A stretch of DNA of 55,878 nt, the filler included, from Asterionella formosa (Eukaryota): NCBI GenBank assembly GCA_002256025.1. It is 4 parts of 4 records of this genome, joined end to end, with 100 filler letters (N's around TTAATTAATTAA, not from the genome) between each part and the next. Parts side by side here need not be neighbours in the genome. Positions count along the whole stretch, not along the records: positions 28,003 to 41,894 come from NKIB01006337.1; positions 41,995 to 55,878 come from NKIB01006339.1; 2 more parts are not named here. One strand, 5' to 3'. The notes under the pieces were generated by a model. The model did not search any database, was not told the DNA's origin, and saw only the letters and a program-made list of their open reading frames with translations. Positions 34,719 to 47,513 of this stretch are shown here, in pieces. The first letter of the stretch is position 1. Every line of letters starts with the position of its first letter. Made by a program: the position numbers and the translations under genes.

Positions 34719-37218
34719 TTAAAACCTTTGTTAAAAACACATTGACCATGTTGGTATTATTCTGTTAGTTTACTCTTGTTTAACAAAACAACCTCCCACG
34801 CTACTTGATTTATTAACATCTCCACCATGAGCAGCGCTGCCGGTAAGCGCATCAAGTGGCACAGGACGAGCGCACAACTTGGTTTATACATGATCTGCTA
34901 TTTAGTGGTGAGCACGGCAAATTCCATGCCTACGTGGTGACCAATATTTTCACATGCAAAAGCTCTTGAGCTTGATGATGGACTAGTATATGAAGCTGAA
35001 ACTGCACAGGAATGCCTCAAATACGGTCCTGTAGCACGTACAATGAAGCTACTACAATGATTTCACAACCATCACTGTGCAATGGACTTCAATTTCAAGT
35101 TCATCATGAGTCAAGTCAACCACGACAACAACGAGATCAGGTGGTAAAATAATTTGAATGTATACATAAAATTTATTCTTCTAAATGTTATTTATGTACA
35201 AACTTTTACTTAAGCTAAAATTATGTTGTACTAGTAGCTACTGTGGGGGCTTTTGTAGTTTCAAGATGCACCCAGCAGCCATGTCATATTATTTGAAAAA
35301 GTGGTATCATGCAATGGCTACTCGATTTTTTAAACTGAAAATTTTCATAATTTTCCGCATAAAATAATGAAATTCAAAGGATTACAAAAATTCAATGGTT
35401 ACAGGCTGGCTACAAACATGTGCTTGTGTTGGTCCCTCCAAACTACTAATTTGATCATTATCCAGTACTCAAACCATGTAGGAAATCTACGCGTACATTT
35501 AAAAGTATAGAATCTATAGTTGCTAATACTGGTACATTAACTTATTTATCTAACCATATAGGCTGATCTGTTTTATAATATATGCCATCAATTGTAACCA
35601 TATAGACTGCTCGCTCTGTTCTATAATATATGTCATAAAAATTATTGCCCTGCAGGCAGGCGTATTTTCGGTTTTATTTTGTCAGTAACAATGGAAATGA
35701 TGCTCACCTGAATTCTCCAGTATCACTGATGCTGTTTTTGGAGATGGTCAAAACAGTAATATTTTTTATCAATAATATTGCATTGACACCATTTGATTAC
35801 CATTGCCGGCTAAAAAAGTTCAACCTATTACTACCATTCTTGCTGGTAGTACCCCTGGTACAGTGTTTTGATACCACCCAACTGTAATTTTCCACAACCC
35901 AGAAATGAAACCGCAATTTAAGAATGGCCCTACTCGTCAGCTGCCTTGCTATTTCGGTATCATCCAAGCGTTTATTGCATCCAATACACACCAAACTCAG
36001 TGTCCAGTAAAGTGGTTTAGACTCAATGGTGCTGCACGACAACAAATGGAGAATTTCATATGTACAAAATCGAACTTTGCTCTGCCCTAGTATGTCACAT
36101 ATTTGAAACGTGTAGTAGTACAAATGAATACTCAACTGAAAAAATTATTTTAGCTTCTTCAACTTTTCCTGAAGTTTACTACCTTTCGATTCAATTAGTG
36201 CCCATCTTTTTGAGATCCCTCTGATGGGCGGCAGACGACCTGATGCAATGCCTCTGACCAAATGATGATTTCATCTGAAGATAGACATTAACAGCTGCCA
36301 CCATGGTAGCCCAATATTATTACTAAAGATGCCAGTCAAATAGAGGCTAATGTTACTATGGTTAATTGGAATGCATCTATAAGTATAGAGCATCTACCTA
36401 TTATGCTCCATTCCAGTGAGTTTGTAATGCTCAAATATGGAACTTTTGGAAGATTGTTGGATGTTAAATCATTGAATGAAGGTACTGACTCCTTGCTTTG
36501 AATCCAATTCCACCCTCCAGCACCTCCTGAAAACCGCCTTTCCATCCTCATGCTGCATGAGGGTTCATGCTGCATGAGGATGTAACTGGTTCTGTTGTTC
36601 TCTGGGTTGCATCAGGTACCATTACAAACATCTTCTTCTTGTCCATGCTCATTCAGTTCCCTTGTTCACTCTCATAATTTTTGTCGAAAAGCACAAGAAC
36701 ATAGACAATTCATCAACATATTTCCTAGCCCTTGCTTGTGTCATTAGATATTCTTTCTCAAGCAAATTTTTGTCATCTGACAAAGGGCTATTGAGCAGGT
36801 TTGGTTACATAGACACATGCTATTTGTTTTTTGCCACTAGACTAGCATCGCCAAAATGTAGCATGCCATCCTGCTGGAGGAGCACATGAAATATTTCCTC
36901 ATTCAGATGGTTTTCATTACGTAGTAAGCATGGTATGCGTTGCTCCACTAAATCTATTTAGAGCTCATTGTTTATATGTACAGTAGGCATGCATGTATGA
37001 TGGCTGATTTAGATAGGATGGTGAGCGGTACCTAGTATCGTTCCTAGAAGCTGTAGCTATGCCGCTCTTTTGTTGATTGCTGGTCCTCTATATCATAACC
37101 AAATTTCATCTGCTAATGCTGAAGATGATTCTGTCTCAGCATCAGTGCATCGTACTTCAAGAAAATTGCAAACAAGAACAACGACAACAACAACAACAAC
37201 AAGAACCAGATCAATACC

Positions 37219-39762
37219 ATGGTACAATCTCATCTAATATTGCAGAGACTTTGGAAGCGTCGTTGTCGGTTCACGAAAGCAATGATGGCTGATTCGTCGT
37301 ATTTGAGTCTGTTTAGTAAAAGTGAAAAGAGATTACAAAAATGGCATTTGATTGCCCCCGTTTTCGCCACACAACGGTGCCTTTCCTCCGATGCTTCCCA
37401 AGTGGCAGACGGGCGTGTCGCCGAACGTTTCAAAACAAAATTACTTCTGCGAAGTCCTTCCATTTCGGAACTGAAGCGGCAGCAGCAGGAGGCTATAGAG
37501 TCCATGATATTTTGGGCGAGTCAACAAACAGAGGAAGGCACTGAATTGTCATGGAACTTGCTGGATCTATTGGTTGAAAACAAGGTGGAAATAGCAACAA
37601 ATATGCTAAACCATCTTGTCCACGGATGGACTCAACAACCGGCGAAACTGCGTCCAATGGGAATCTTGCTGAGACTAGAGGAATATACATCATCAGTCCA
37701 AGCAGATGTACATACCTATGAAATGATACTGGAGACCTCAATACAAATGGGTGACAAAGACGTGCCCAAAGTGGCAACATTAGTAATAGGAGCGTTGGAA
37801 GGAGTGCAGAATGATGTAGATAAAGTCAGTCGGATAAAAGAAAGAATTCAGGATATAGAGAAATGCGGCTGGAGCACAGCCGTGGTTGACAGCGACGATG
37901 GTAGCGACATACCTCGGCATCCGCTTTTGTCTCCACTTGAGGCAGAGAAGCAGCTTTTAGCGTCAAGCCAAGGGAAAGTACCTTTTAATAGAGAATTCAA
38001 CGAAGTCCTTCAAGCATGGGTCAACAGTGATAAGGACCCAAACGCGATAGCTACACGGTGCGTAGAAATACTGCGGCACATGGTCGAGCTCCACAACCAA
38101 GGAAATGACAGGGCCATACCGACGCAAGTGACATATTCATTGGTTATTTCTGCATTGGCACGATCTGGAAGAGCTCGAGAAGCAGAAGCCATTCTAATGG
38201 AGCTCTTGGATGCCTTCGATTGTTATGGCGTGGAAATGCAACAACCCAACAGCATACACTTTACAGCTGTCATTGATGCTTGGGCAAAAAGTAAAAGTCA
38301 AGATGCACCCCATCGCGCATGGCATTTGCTAGCGAAGATGCAAAGAATGGCTCGAGACACCAGAAACACAGGGCTGATTCCATCTACAATCACATACAAT
38401 GCAGTATTAAATTCCATTGCGCAAACTAGTTCACAGGATCTAAAAGCTGGTTTAGCGGCTCATGAATTGCTCAAGGAGATGTGGACGTGGTACGAGGAGG
38501 GGAATATTCATGCCAAACCTGATCTTGTGACATACAACACCACCCTGAATGCTTTAGCAGAGTCGGCAAATGAAGATTCAGCCAAAGCAGCTGATCGGTT
38601 ACTTCTCTCTATGCATACTCGTTTTATGGAAGGCGACCAAGATATGAAACCAGATCTTGTCAGCTACAATACAGTTCTAAAGGCATGGAGGAATAGTGGT
38701 GCTTCTGATGGCCCAGAACGCGCCTCTGCATTGCTTGATGAAATGGAGCGATTAGCCTCGTTTGAGGGGTTCAACACAATCCCAGATCGAACATCATTTC
38801 TAACAGTGATCAATACGTGGTCGCGAAGTGGTCGATCAGAAGCGTTGCAGCATGTCAAGTCCCTTTTGGAGAAATGCAGCATTGTCGGAGTATCCTTGGA
38901 TATCAGCCTATTCAATACGTTTTTGGATGGGTTGGCGAAATGTGGCTACTCGCACGAGGCCCATGAAGTGCTTATTGAGCTATGTGATGATTATTTAACA
39001 GGAAGAAGTGAAATCAAGCCAGATCTAATCACTTTCAATACTGTGATTGCTTCGTGGAAATCAAATGCCAAGAAAGCAGAATTGGTTTTTTGCCAATTGA
39101 AGGAATTGGCTTCCAAACTTGACTTGTCACCCAATGTAATATCATTTACCGCACTGATTACAGCCTTCGCCCAATGTGGACACACCGAAATGGCTGAAAA
39201 GTACTTCCAGGAACTGCAAACTTTGTATGCAACCTCCAGCGACCAAAAACTGCAGCCTGACCGGAAGTTATATGCAATTATGCTCAAAGCATGGAAGTTC
39301 AGTAATGATGCGAGCTCTCTAGACAAGGGCTTTAGGCTGTTAGAGGACCTGAAAGCATTAGAAAGTGCCGGTTTCCGAAATTGCTCGCCGGACCTCTACA
39401 TCTACAACACTCTTTTGGAAATTGTTGCATCATCTCAAACCCTCGACAAGGCAGAGCGAGCTCAACAGATACTTTATGAGATGAATGCACGAAATATCAA
39501 AGTTAATAAGTTTACCTTGGACTGTGTGTTGTTGGCTTGCTCTAGGGTTGCATGCAATGAGAACACAACTACAACACAACGAGAACAAGCATTTTCTATT
39601 GCTTTCCGGGTATTCCATCGGCTTCTCAAAGAATGCCAGCCTGACCCACGAGTGTTTCACTTATTCTTTAGTGTTGCATCTGGATTACCTGCTCATGCGA
39701 AGGAAATGGAGGAGGCCGAATTGCTGTACCAAAATCTTGGGTTTGGAAATAGGAAACGTTAA
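37219..39762 (+). CDS. Pentatricopeptide-repeat (PPR) protein, probably organellar
   Basis: Repeated PDLVTYNTTLNA / PDLVSYNTVLKAW / PNVISFTALITAF / PDLYIYNTLL motifs; basic N-terminus. Confidence 0.92.
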   Translation: MVQSHLILQRLWKRRCRFTKAMMADSSYLSLFSKSEKRLQKWHLIAPVFATQRCLSSDASQVADGRVAERFKTKLLLRSPSISELKRQQQEAIESMIFWASQQTEEGTELSWNLLDLLVENKVEIATNMLNHLVHGWTQQPAKLRPMGILLRLEEYTSSVQADVHTYEMILETSIQMGDKDVPKVATLVIGALEGVQNDVDKVSRIKERIQDIEKCGWSTAVVDSDDGSDIPRHPLLSPLEAEKQLLASSQGKVPFNREFNEVLQAWVNSDKDPNAIATRCVEILRHMVELHNQGNDRAIPTQVTYSLVISALARSGRAREAEAILMELLDAFDCYGVEMQQPNSIHFTAVIDAWAKSKSQDAPHRAWHLLAKMQRMARDTRNTGLIPSTITYNAVLNSIAQTSSQDLKAGLAAHELLKEMWTWYEEGNIHAKPDLVTYNTTLNALAESANEDSAKAADRLLLSMHTRFMEGDQDMKPDLVSYNTVLKAWRNSGASDGPERASALLDEMERLASFEGFNTIPDRTSFLTVINTWSRSGRSEALQHVKSLLEKCSIVGVSLDISLFNTFLDGLAKCGYSHEAHEVLIELCDDYLTGRSEIKPDLITFNTVIASWKSNAKKAELVFCQLKELASKLDLSPNVISFTALITAFAQCGHTEMAEKYFQELQTLYATSSDQKLQPDRKLYAIMLKAWKFSNDASSLDKGFRLLEDLKALESAGFRNCSPDLYIYNTLLEIVASSQTLDKAERAQQILYEMNARNIKVNKFTLDCVLLACSRVACNENTTTTQREQAFSIAFRVFHRLLKECQPDPRVFHLFFSVASGLPAHAKEMEEAELLYQNLGFGNRKR

Positions 39763-40153
39763 AATAAGGTTCCACAGGTGCTACATCATGATACTCACTC
39801 ACTGGTACCAGCAAGATACCTTGTTCCAATTTCAGTTGTGAAATTTCATTGAGGCATGATTCATCATGCGAGATGTCAGGTTTTACCTTTTTTTCTATCT
39901 AGTTTGAGGAGATGTATCAGGAAAGTACTGGTAATTTCTATTGAAATGGTGTACTGGTAGCATAGATTGTTCTAGGCGTAGGTCCTTGTCGTACGTAGTA
40001 CTAGGCTTTCGTATGTGATGTTTATTAAGTCCATCAAAAAGTGTATGATGGATAATAGTACGCTAAATATAAACAAGCACTGAACACACCATCACGACAA
40101 AAGCATATGCCGCCGGACACAGAAAAATACAGTTACCAATTGTTTACTTCTAC

Positions 40154-40906
40154 TAGCTCGAGCTGCATATTATGCAGCTTCAAAACATCTATCAACAATA
40201 TTTTGAGCTTGAAATTCATTAATAGGAGGATGAGCCTTTAATGAAACCCATAGACTGTTACAGATAGATTGATGTGAATGTTCACAGATAGCATTAGCTT
40301 ATGGATTCTTCACTGTAGTAGTAACATCTTTAATTCCATTCAACAGAATAGGACTGAGCATCTGGGTGGTGTATTGCAATGCTCATCCATTCAGACAAGG
40401 CAATATCTGTGAGACGATTTTTGTAGCATTAGGAGAACAAGCAAGGAACCTGTTGGACTGAAGGTACATGTGATAGCCATATCACAGGATTTACTGAAAT
40501 TAATCAACAAGCTTCCACTGAGTGTCCATTGATCAGATCTTTGTTGAAAGACTCCAAACATCGACCTGGCTTGTAAGGATATGCAAAGAGGTCTGAATCT
40601 TGATGTTTCGTATGTTATTGTCCTTCATCAATGGTACCAGCCACTGGGACTTGAGAGTACATCAACATTGTTTATTCTAATTGGACTCTTTTTGAATTCA
40701 AAGTGGAGTATCTAACTAGAAGTAGCAGTTTTTGTTGAATATATGAGTTTATTATTTAATCGTGATATGCAACTTGTTTTCTTAGTTGAAACCAAGTATA
40801 CATTAGGTACTAGTTGAATTCTCTCATTGTTGAGTTCTGATGTATAATTTATAACTCTAACCCTATCTACATCTGTATTGATATGTGGGAATGTGGGATT
40901 GCTCAC
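40154..40906 (-). mobile_element. Deleted, degenerate relative of the gypsy element at 26660-27902 (integrase fragment 40154-40343; LTR fragment ~40690-40906)
   Basis: TAGCTCGAGCTGCATA...GGAGGATGAGCCTTTAA matches 27218-27410; CTAACTAGAAGTAG...GGATTGCTCA matches 26664-26850. Confidence 0.8.
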
Positions 40907-41894
40907 CTGATACCGGTTTGCATGTATGTACCATAGCTACTTACCATTTTGTATTTTTGGTCCTTTGTTTGTTACAAGGATAATAGAGTACCAATAGCGT
41001 CCATGTTTGTTGGTCCTGTATGGTGGGCAAGGGCATCCGCACTTTGGTATAGAAACCTCATGCACACGATATTCCTAGCAGCACTAGTAGCTACTAGCCA
41101 CCTAGACTATGATTCATTCACTCCTATACCCTTTTTTCATATGGTAAAAACGGCTATTTATTGGAATCCTTCGGGGAACTGTTAAATCTAAATTTGCCAG
41201 TTGGTCAAATGTTGAGGGTGGGATTGGGTGGGGTTCTTAAAGGTTCAGAGGCAAGGGATCAACAAGACATGCCTCCAACAAACAAGGGATGGCCTGCCCT
41301 GCCTGGCTGGTGCTTTACTGAAGGGGGAGACTGCAATGGTCTCCATTCCAGTCTTACCAGTTGAATGGCACTGGTGCGATTCAACAAATTTATGAGGGTT
41401 CCAATTCAATGCAACAACCAGCAATTGCTTCTGCGAATTTTTGGAGGTGACTTGCACACCTGTGGGATTTCCCCAAGTGCGTGTGTGTACGTACCTGCTG
41501 GTACCGTCCTTACCTTGCCATTCTACGGTTTGTAAGGACAGGATACCGGTATGTACATGGAAACGCAGGTTCATTCTTGAATAAATCTACCAGTAAATGA
41601 TCTCCTACGGTGGTAAACCGGTATATATTAATGTATATATATATATTATACCGTGTATAATCGCATCCGATGATTTCGACTACATAATGAAATATTGGTA
41701 CATGTATTGATATATGCACTGAGGCCGTTGCTAACGGTGGACCAAAACCAAAACCAAACAGTGTTTAGGTTTCGGTAACCCTAAAAAACGATGCTAACGG
41801 GAGTGAAAAACCCAACGCAAACGCATTACGTTTAGGGGATTCCGTGCCCATATCCCAATAAGTTACCCAAACGCATTACGTTTAGGTCTTTTTT

Positions 41895-41994
41895 NNNNNN
41901 NNNNNNNNNNNNNNNNNNNNNNNNNNNNNNNNNNNNNNTTAATTAATTAANNNNNNNNNNNNNNNNNNNNNNNNNNNNNNNNNNNNNNNNNNNN
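41895..41994. other. Artificial contig spacer
   Basis: N44-TTAATTAATTAA-N44. Confidence 0.97.
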
Positions 41995-44510
41995 TCTGTT
42001 GATCATTGTATGAGCACTTTAACCACAACTACCGGTAATCTGCTCTGTAACTTACCCAATAATAAAATCATTTATTCCTCCCCCTCTCAAGCCTTGTACA
42101 TAGCCTGACTGACTTTCTCTCAGCAATTCCAACTTCACAAAGTCCTTGCGACTTTGTTGGAGCCTTGCTGGGGGGATTACATGCAGTTGCTTGTAGGCCA
42201 GAACCATAATGAGGTCCACCTCTAATTGCAAATCGTTGCCTGCTTGTTAATTGTTGAATTTTCCCCTCAACATTCACACTACTTCCTGTTGTAGATGGTG
42301 CTGTCATGTCCATTGGAACCACCACAACTGGAGGAACGCCATCACCACTAAACCTTCATGGACAAGCAAATAGTTTTTTGCATGGTACATGGTTATGAAC
42401 ACTTTTCTCCAACCACACCCATTCCAAATATCAGGATAGAAATGGATATGAACTACAAACTGCGAAAGCAAGGCAGTTTTCAACCTTGGCAAAGATGTTG
42501 CAAGTGTATCAGGGGTGAATCTTTGGATCTGGGAGCATAGCCTTTCCTGTTGAGTAAATTATACCCAGCACACCAACATACCATACTAGAAGATTCCAAT
42601 CGCCAATCTTGAAGTGAATTAAAAAAGCATTGCTAAGTGCAGCAAAGACCAATAAAACTGCTCCAAGTGAACCACCCACGAGCACCAAATTCTTCCAAAA
42701 GTCGTCACAATTTCAGACTGAGTAAAACAATTCAAATAGTTTTGCTCAAGAAAGTGTGGCAGTCTGTTGAATTCACGCAACAACCACTTTGAGTTCAGGC
42801 TCTATCCTTTCGTTCCCACATTCTGTTTGGTTAACTTCCACTCCCAGCAACAGATCCGTCCTCAACTTGTCTTGAATCCCAGAATCAGCCATGTTTTGCG
42901 GCGGCTGGTCCGCGGTGTGAACGGTTTGGTACATAGCCTGAAATGCAACGGAAGCGACCGACCTTCGGTTGATGACGGCATTTTGCAGTGCTTGGAGGGC
43001 GATGCTTCCACGTGACGGATGTACCATGTGCTGTTGAATCCGCAGGATTGTTGCTGTGTTGTGTTCGATGGGATCAGGTGTGAGTGAGCAGGGCATACTG
43101 TGTTGCTTGCCATCTTTTGCCTTACCATTCGAAAGTCCATCATCCTCGTGTGTCAATCTCGCGTCCATGCATCCTTGTATAGAATAGCGGCGAGTATCAT
43201 TAACTGTGATTATTACAGTTGAGACGGGTTAAAGGAACTTTAAGAATGAAGTAATTATGGACTACCGAAATTATCGGTAGATAGAACATACCCGTTATAC
43301 AGGTATTGATCTCCTTTTCCTTGCTGGTAGAATTTTCTTGAAAATATCAATGTTAACCCTAACCTAGTTATTATGATGAGGTCGAATATACTACCCAAAC
43401 GAGGGAAAAAATTCTACCTGACGTGTTACATACCTCATACTGACCACGTAAATATTTGCCAATACCTTGGAGGTATTTTCTGTCCTCAGTAGAAGACTAC
43501 CGAGGCCTACGAGAAAATACTACCTTGGTAGAATTTCGGGACTATTATACCGGTATTAGTCTACTGGTATACCGATTACTACCCCGTATCACATGGTTGA
43601 GTGGCCGGACTTTGCATCCAGTAAATCGAGCTAACGGATTCTGGATTCCGCCTTGTGGTGCTCTTTGTTGGTTAGCTATTCTGGGCAAATGTCAGTCAAG
43701 CCATTTTTCGGGATATAATCTACGTAACTGTAGCTGGCAGTGCAACTCGTCAGATCCATCATTACCGGATGCCCGGCCCGACCTCCTGGAATAGTGTGGC
43801 TGGCTTTGTATGCGAGAATGGCTGGCTTGGGTCCTTGAGTTCTCGTTCAAACTGTTAATTTATCTATTGCCTGCTGCGTCAACTTTTCTTGAAGTGTCAA
43901 TCGATGGAACCAGGCATGGTATGGCTGGCTTGGGTTCGTGAGGACATTTGTCGTGCCTCAATATGTATTTATTGCCTGATGCCTCTCATTGTTGGCCGTC
44001 TAAAATCCGTTCGATACGGCACTTGCTTATCACCACCTCTTTATTCCTTGTTTTAATGTGCAGCATGGGTCAGTATACTGTATGCCGGTAATCAGGTAAA
44101 TAAATGGAGTAGGAACCGACGCAATCGTATTTACCCTGTGGTGTGTTTTCTTCTTACACAAAATATCTACCGGGTATTCCGCATTCGAATTGGACGAACC
44201 AGAATTACTCATTCTGAAACAAGCGTGCGTTTTAGTTGGTATTTGTTCTCTCGATACAGTCAAGTACCGGCATATTGCTAGCATGAAAGTCATTCAGAAC
44301 AGACTATGGCATCTTGTAACATGGATCGAACTAATCTCAACGAATAGTCCTTCGTGGCTGTGTTACCTGGAAAAACCTGTAGAACTCCACTGTGAGTAGA
44401 TGTACAAGTAGATACCAACATGAAACAAAAAGCTTGTTTTTCAATAAAACCCCATTACCTCGCTCCCCTTGCGTTCTTGATCATCTCCATTTAATAAAGT
44501 TAGCACTCAA

Positions 44511-45221
44511 ATGTCCGCTCGAGGCAACGTTTCGATTGCTATGAACAACCTTGGCGTTCAGTTGCTGGAAACAGGAAAGTATTCGCAAGCCCTGGCTGCG
44601 CTGAAGTCTGCTTTGTACAAAATGACCGGATACACAGCAGCTGATCCGAACAACCAAATCGTTGCTGAGCTTTTCTCAAAGAGGCGCACAGTGGGAGAGG
44701 ACAGTCGACGAGGGATCCGGTGCGCTCTTGAGGACAGCTCCTTTGTGTATTGTCATGTGTTTCGTATAATTCCGTTTTCTCCAGAACCACGCGCTTTTAA
44801 CTTTACTTCGCAAGAGACATACGCTCGTGATGCTGCTATCATTATGTACAATCTTGCCATGGTGAAGCATCTCAACTATATGGCTTCATCCGATCATCCT
44901 GAACAGTCGGATTCCCTTTCCAAGGCCATGTACCTCTACCGCACGGTCCAGGCCATTGTCGCACTCGAAGAAAACAAGACCCTTCGGGACGATCCCTACT
45001 TTCGCCTTGTCATGATGGCTACGTGTAACAACCTAGGACAGATTTGCTTCTCACTGGGTGATTTCAACACCTCAAGTAGATGCATGGCTGATCTGGCAGG
45101 CCTTCTCTCGGCTACTCCGGACCTATGCAATGACATCCAATTGGTCAGCAATGAAGACATGGTTGGGTTTTTTATGAATCTTTCCCTTATGGTCACCCCC
45201 ACAATAGCTGCTGCGGCTTGA
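44511..45221 (+). CDS. TPR-like helical protein of a family I recall as expanded in diatoms
   Basis: AMNNLGVQLLETGKY..A, IIMYNLAMVKH, ATCNNLGQI, C-terminal AAAA signature. Confidence 0.8.
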   Translation: MSARGNVSIAMNNLGVQLLETGKYSQALAALKSALYKMTGYTAADPNNQIVAELFSKRRTVGEDSRRGIRCALEDSSFVYCHVFRIIPFSPEPRAFNFTSQETYARDAAIIMYNLAMVKHLNYMASSDHPEQSDSLSKAMYLYRTVQAIVALEENKTLRDDPYFRLVMMATCNNLGQICFSLGDFNTSSRCMADLAGLLSATPDLCNDIQLVSNEDMVGFFMNLSLMVTPTIAAAA

Positions 45222-46659
45222 GAGAACTACACAAGTGCATCACTATCCCGGAAGCGCCACCTGCACCGCAAGCACACCGTTCTGAGAAAAGGCATCGAAG
45301 TATGTACCTTTTTCGCCCCATTTCTGACCTTGCTCGTACAATGACGATTCCAAACATTCTATCCAAATGCGTCACTTTCTACATTTTAATCTGTTTCAAC
45401 AACGCTACGAAGGTTTCGTTTTAGATCTGCATTTTAATACATATTTACCATGTCACACTTCAGAAGTCTCGCCATTCCTTGTTTACTGATCACCGTGTAT
45501 ATGTGTGTGAGCAGAAATTAATAATAGACTTGAGTTTGAACTAATTTCTTTTGTCGTCTATGTCTCTCATTCTCTGAGCTATTTGTTCACCTCACTCGTC
45601 GAACGAGTCGATCCAAAATGCGTTGTTATGTAGAAAAGGGGAGTAATGGTCTAATGCTAAATGCTACTCCTATAAGTAAACTTGTGAATGCTTGAACACG
45701 AAGCTACACATCTACCTTAACTCACTTCAGTTTTTCCTTACATTTCATTTTCAACGATTGCTTTGCATTATTGTTTGCTTTCCCTTCTTTCCTCTCGATT
45801 ATGTACGGAAGTAACACCGTGAGACAAATCAGTCTGCCTACTTGTCGTATGAAACACACATGCCGTTGTGCATGTAGTTACCAGTATGATGAATTATATT
45901 TTCGCCTTTGATAATTGTCAAGTGTCGATCCCGCCAGTTCATAATCGGCACTCCGGGGTCATATTTAACCCAAGCATCTTTGTATTCCTGCAGTCCTCTG
46001 ATGGTTTTTTATTATGTACCACTGCGGTCATTTTAATGCTGTCACGTGGCCCTTGCCGCCTACTGGTAGCCTACCCATCTGACCCAAACTAATACATGTC
46101 TACAGTAAAACCGGGAGACATACGCCCTATAGGATACAACGTCCTGCACCTGGTACACTTTTCTAAATGAAGCGAAACGACATCATGATTGGATTCCCTC
46201 CAAGGAGTGTGAAGTGACTCTCTACGTGATCATACTCTGAGAACAACCTCCACTAATACACCTATACACAGGCTTGGATACACTGCCGCCTTGCTTTTGC
46301 TGGAATATGCTTATTCAGACCTCATCTGTGTAACATTTTGTAGAGGCCATGAATAAGAAGAGTGCCAATCAGTCTGCAATCAGTTTGAGCAGTTGGTAGG
46401 TTTCCTCTTTTTCCTTTTATGCTTTAATCTTGAATCACTGTGGACAATCATCAGTATCATTTGATTACTCATTTGATAAAAGTGTTAGTATGGATCATAC
46501 CAAGGCAGCCATCATAGCAAATGTAATGTGGTGCCTGGTACCAGAGCATCAATTGTTGAGACTAGTTCTATATGCATTATTTTATGTAAGATATGTGTTC
46601 TAAATGAGTGATGGAATACCTCAAAATGCATCCTAAAGGAAAGAGATTGGTCATCGTAC

Positions 46660-47010
46660 ATGTTAGGAATGGAAGATAATTGGAACGAATTTTACCCAGA
46701 TGCTGAAGAGGAACTGCCCTTTACCATGCCTACACCAAAGGGAAACCATGTAAGAATTATGGTATTTGTGGTTGCTGATCATGCTCACTACCAATTGACC
46801 AGAAGATCAGTCACCGGAATTATCCAGTTTATCAATAACACACCCGTGAAGTGGATGTCCACATGGCAAAAGACAGTCGAGAAATCAACATATGGATCTG
46901 AGTTGTTGGCTTCGCGATTTGCCACGGAAATGTTCATAGAAGTGAGGTATAACTTGCGTATGCTTGGTGTCCCCATTGATGGACCTGCACTGATGCTAGG
47001 AGATACATGA
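46660..47010 (+). pseudogene. Isolated Ty1/copia RNase H fragment
   Basis: ADHAH...RRSVTG, QKTVEKSTYGSEL, LRMLGVPIDGPALMLGD. Confidence 0.85.
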
Positions 47011-47513
47011 GTGTGTTGTTGAAACTATTGTGCATTCTGAAATTTATATGGTCCCCAACATGTGAAACATCATCATATATATAATATCCTCACTTCTTGG
47101 TCCACCTGTAAGTCCCTTGTGGTATGACAGTCCCTTTTATGCATCCTGGTCCATATGCCGGTATGTACTCCAAGTACCAGGGGTAGCTTGTCTAGTTTTC
47201 TGGCATGGCATATACTTCTGGTAAGTTGCAGTAAACAAAAAAGGTTGATCATCCAGACCTCAGATGTGAGTGATGCGAATGTGACTTACTGTCAGAGCTT
47301 CTCATGCATGTAGATCTGGGCATTACAATATGTCATTTATTGTACTATATTAAATTTTTCTCCTTCATCATGAAGGGCAAGTAGGCCTACTTTCATGTCC
47401 AAAGTGGAGCCTTGTGCTCGAAGCAATGTTGAAACTCAAAGCACAAGCAAGTCAAGAAGACTCAATAAAGACAAAACAATGCTCACATGAAAAGTATACT
47501 GCTATACCATTTC

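Noticed and set aside
35640..36900. Coding-like composition with short ORFs
   Set aside because: No consistent frame or recognisable domain; may be unclassified TE debris
37168..37206. CAA microsatellite read as poly-Q ORF (37077-37292)
   Set aside because: Simple repeat just upstream of the PPR start; the ORF lacks other coding support
42068..43168. Short minus-strand ORFs with hydrophobic stretches
   Set aside because: Fragmented by stops, no identifiable family or splice model
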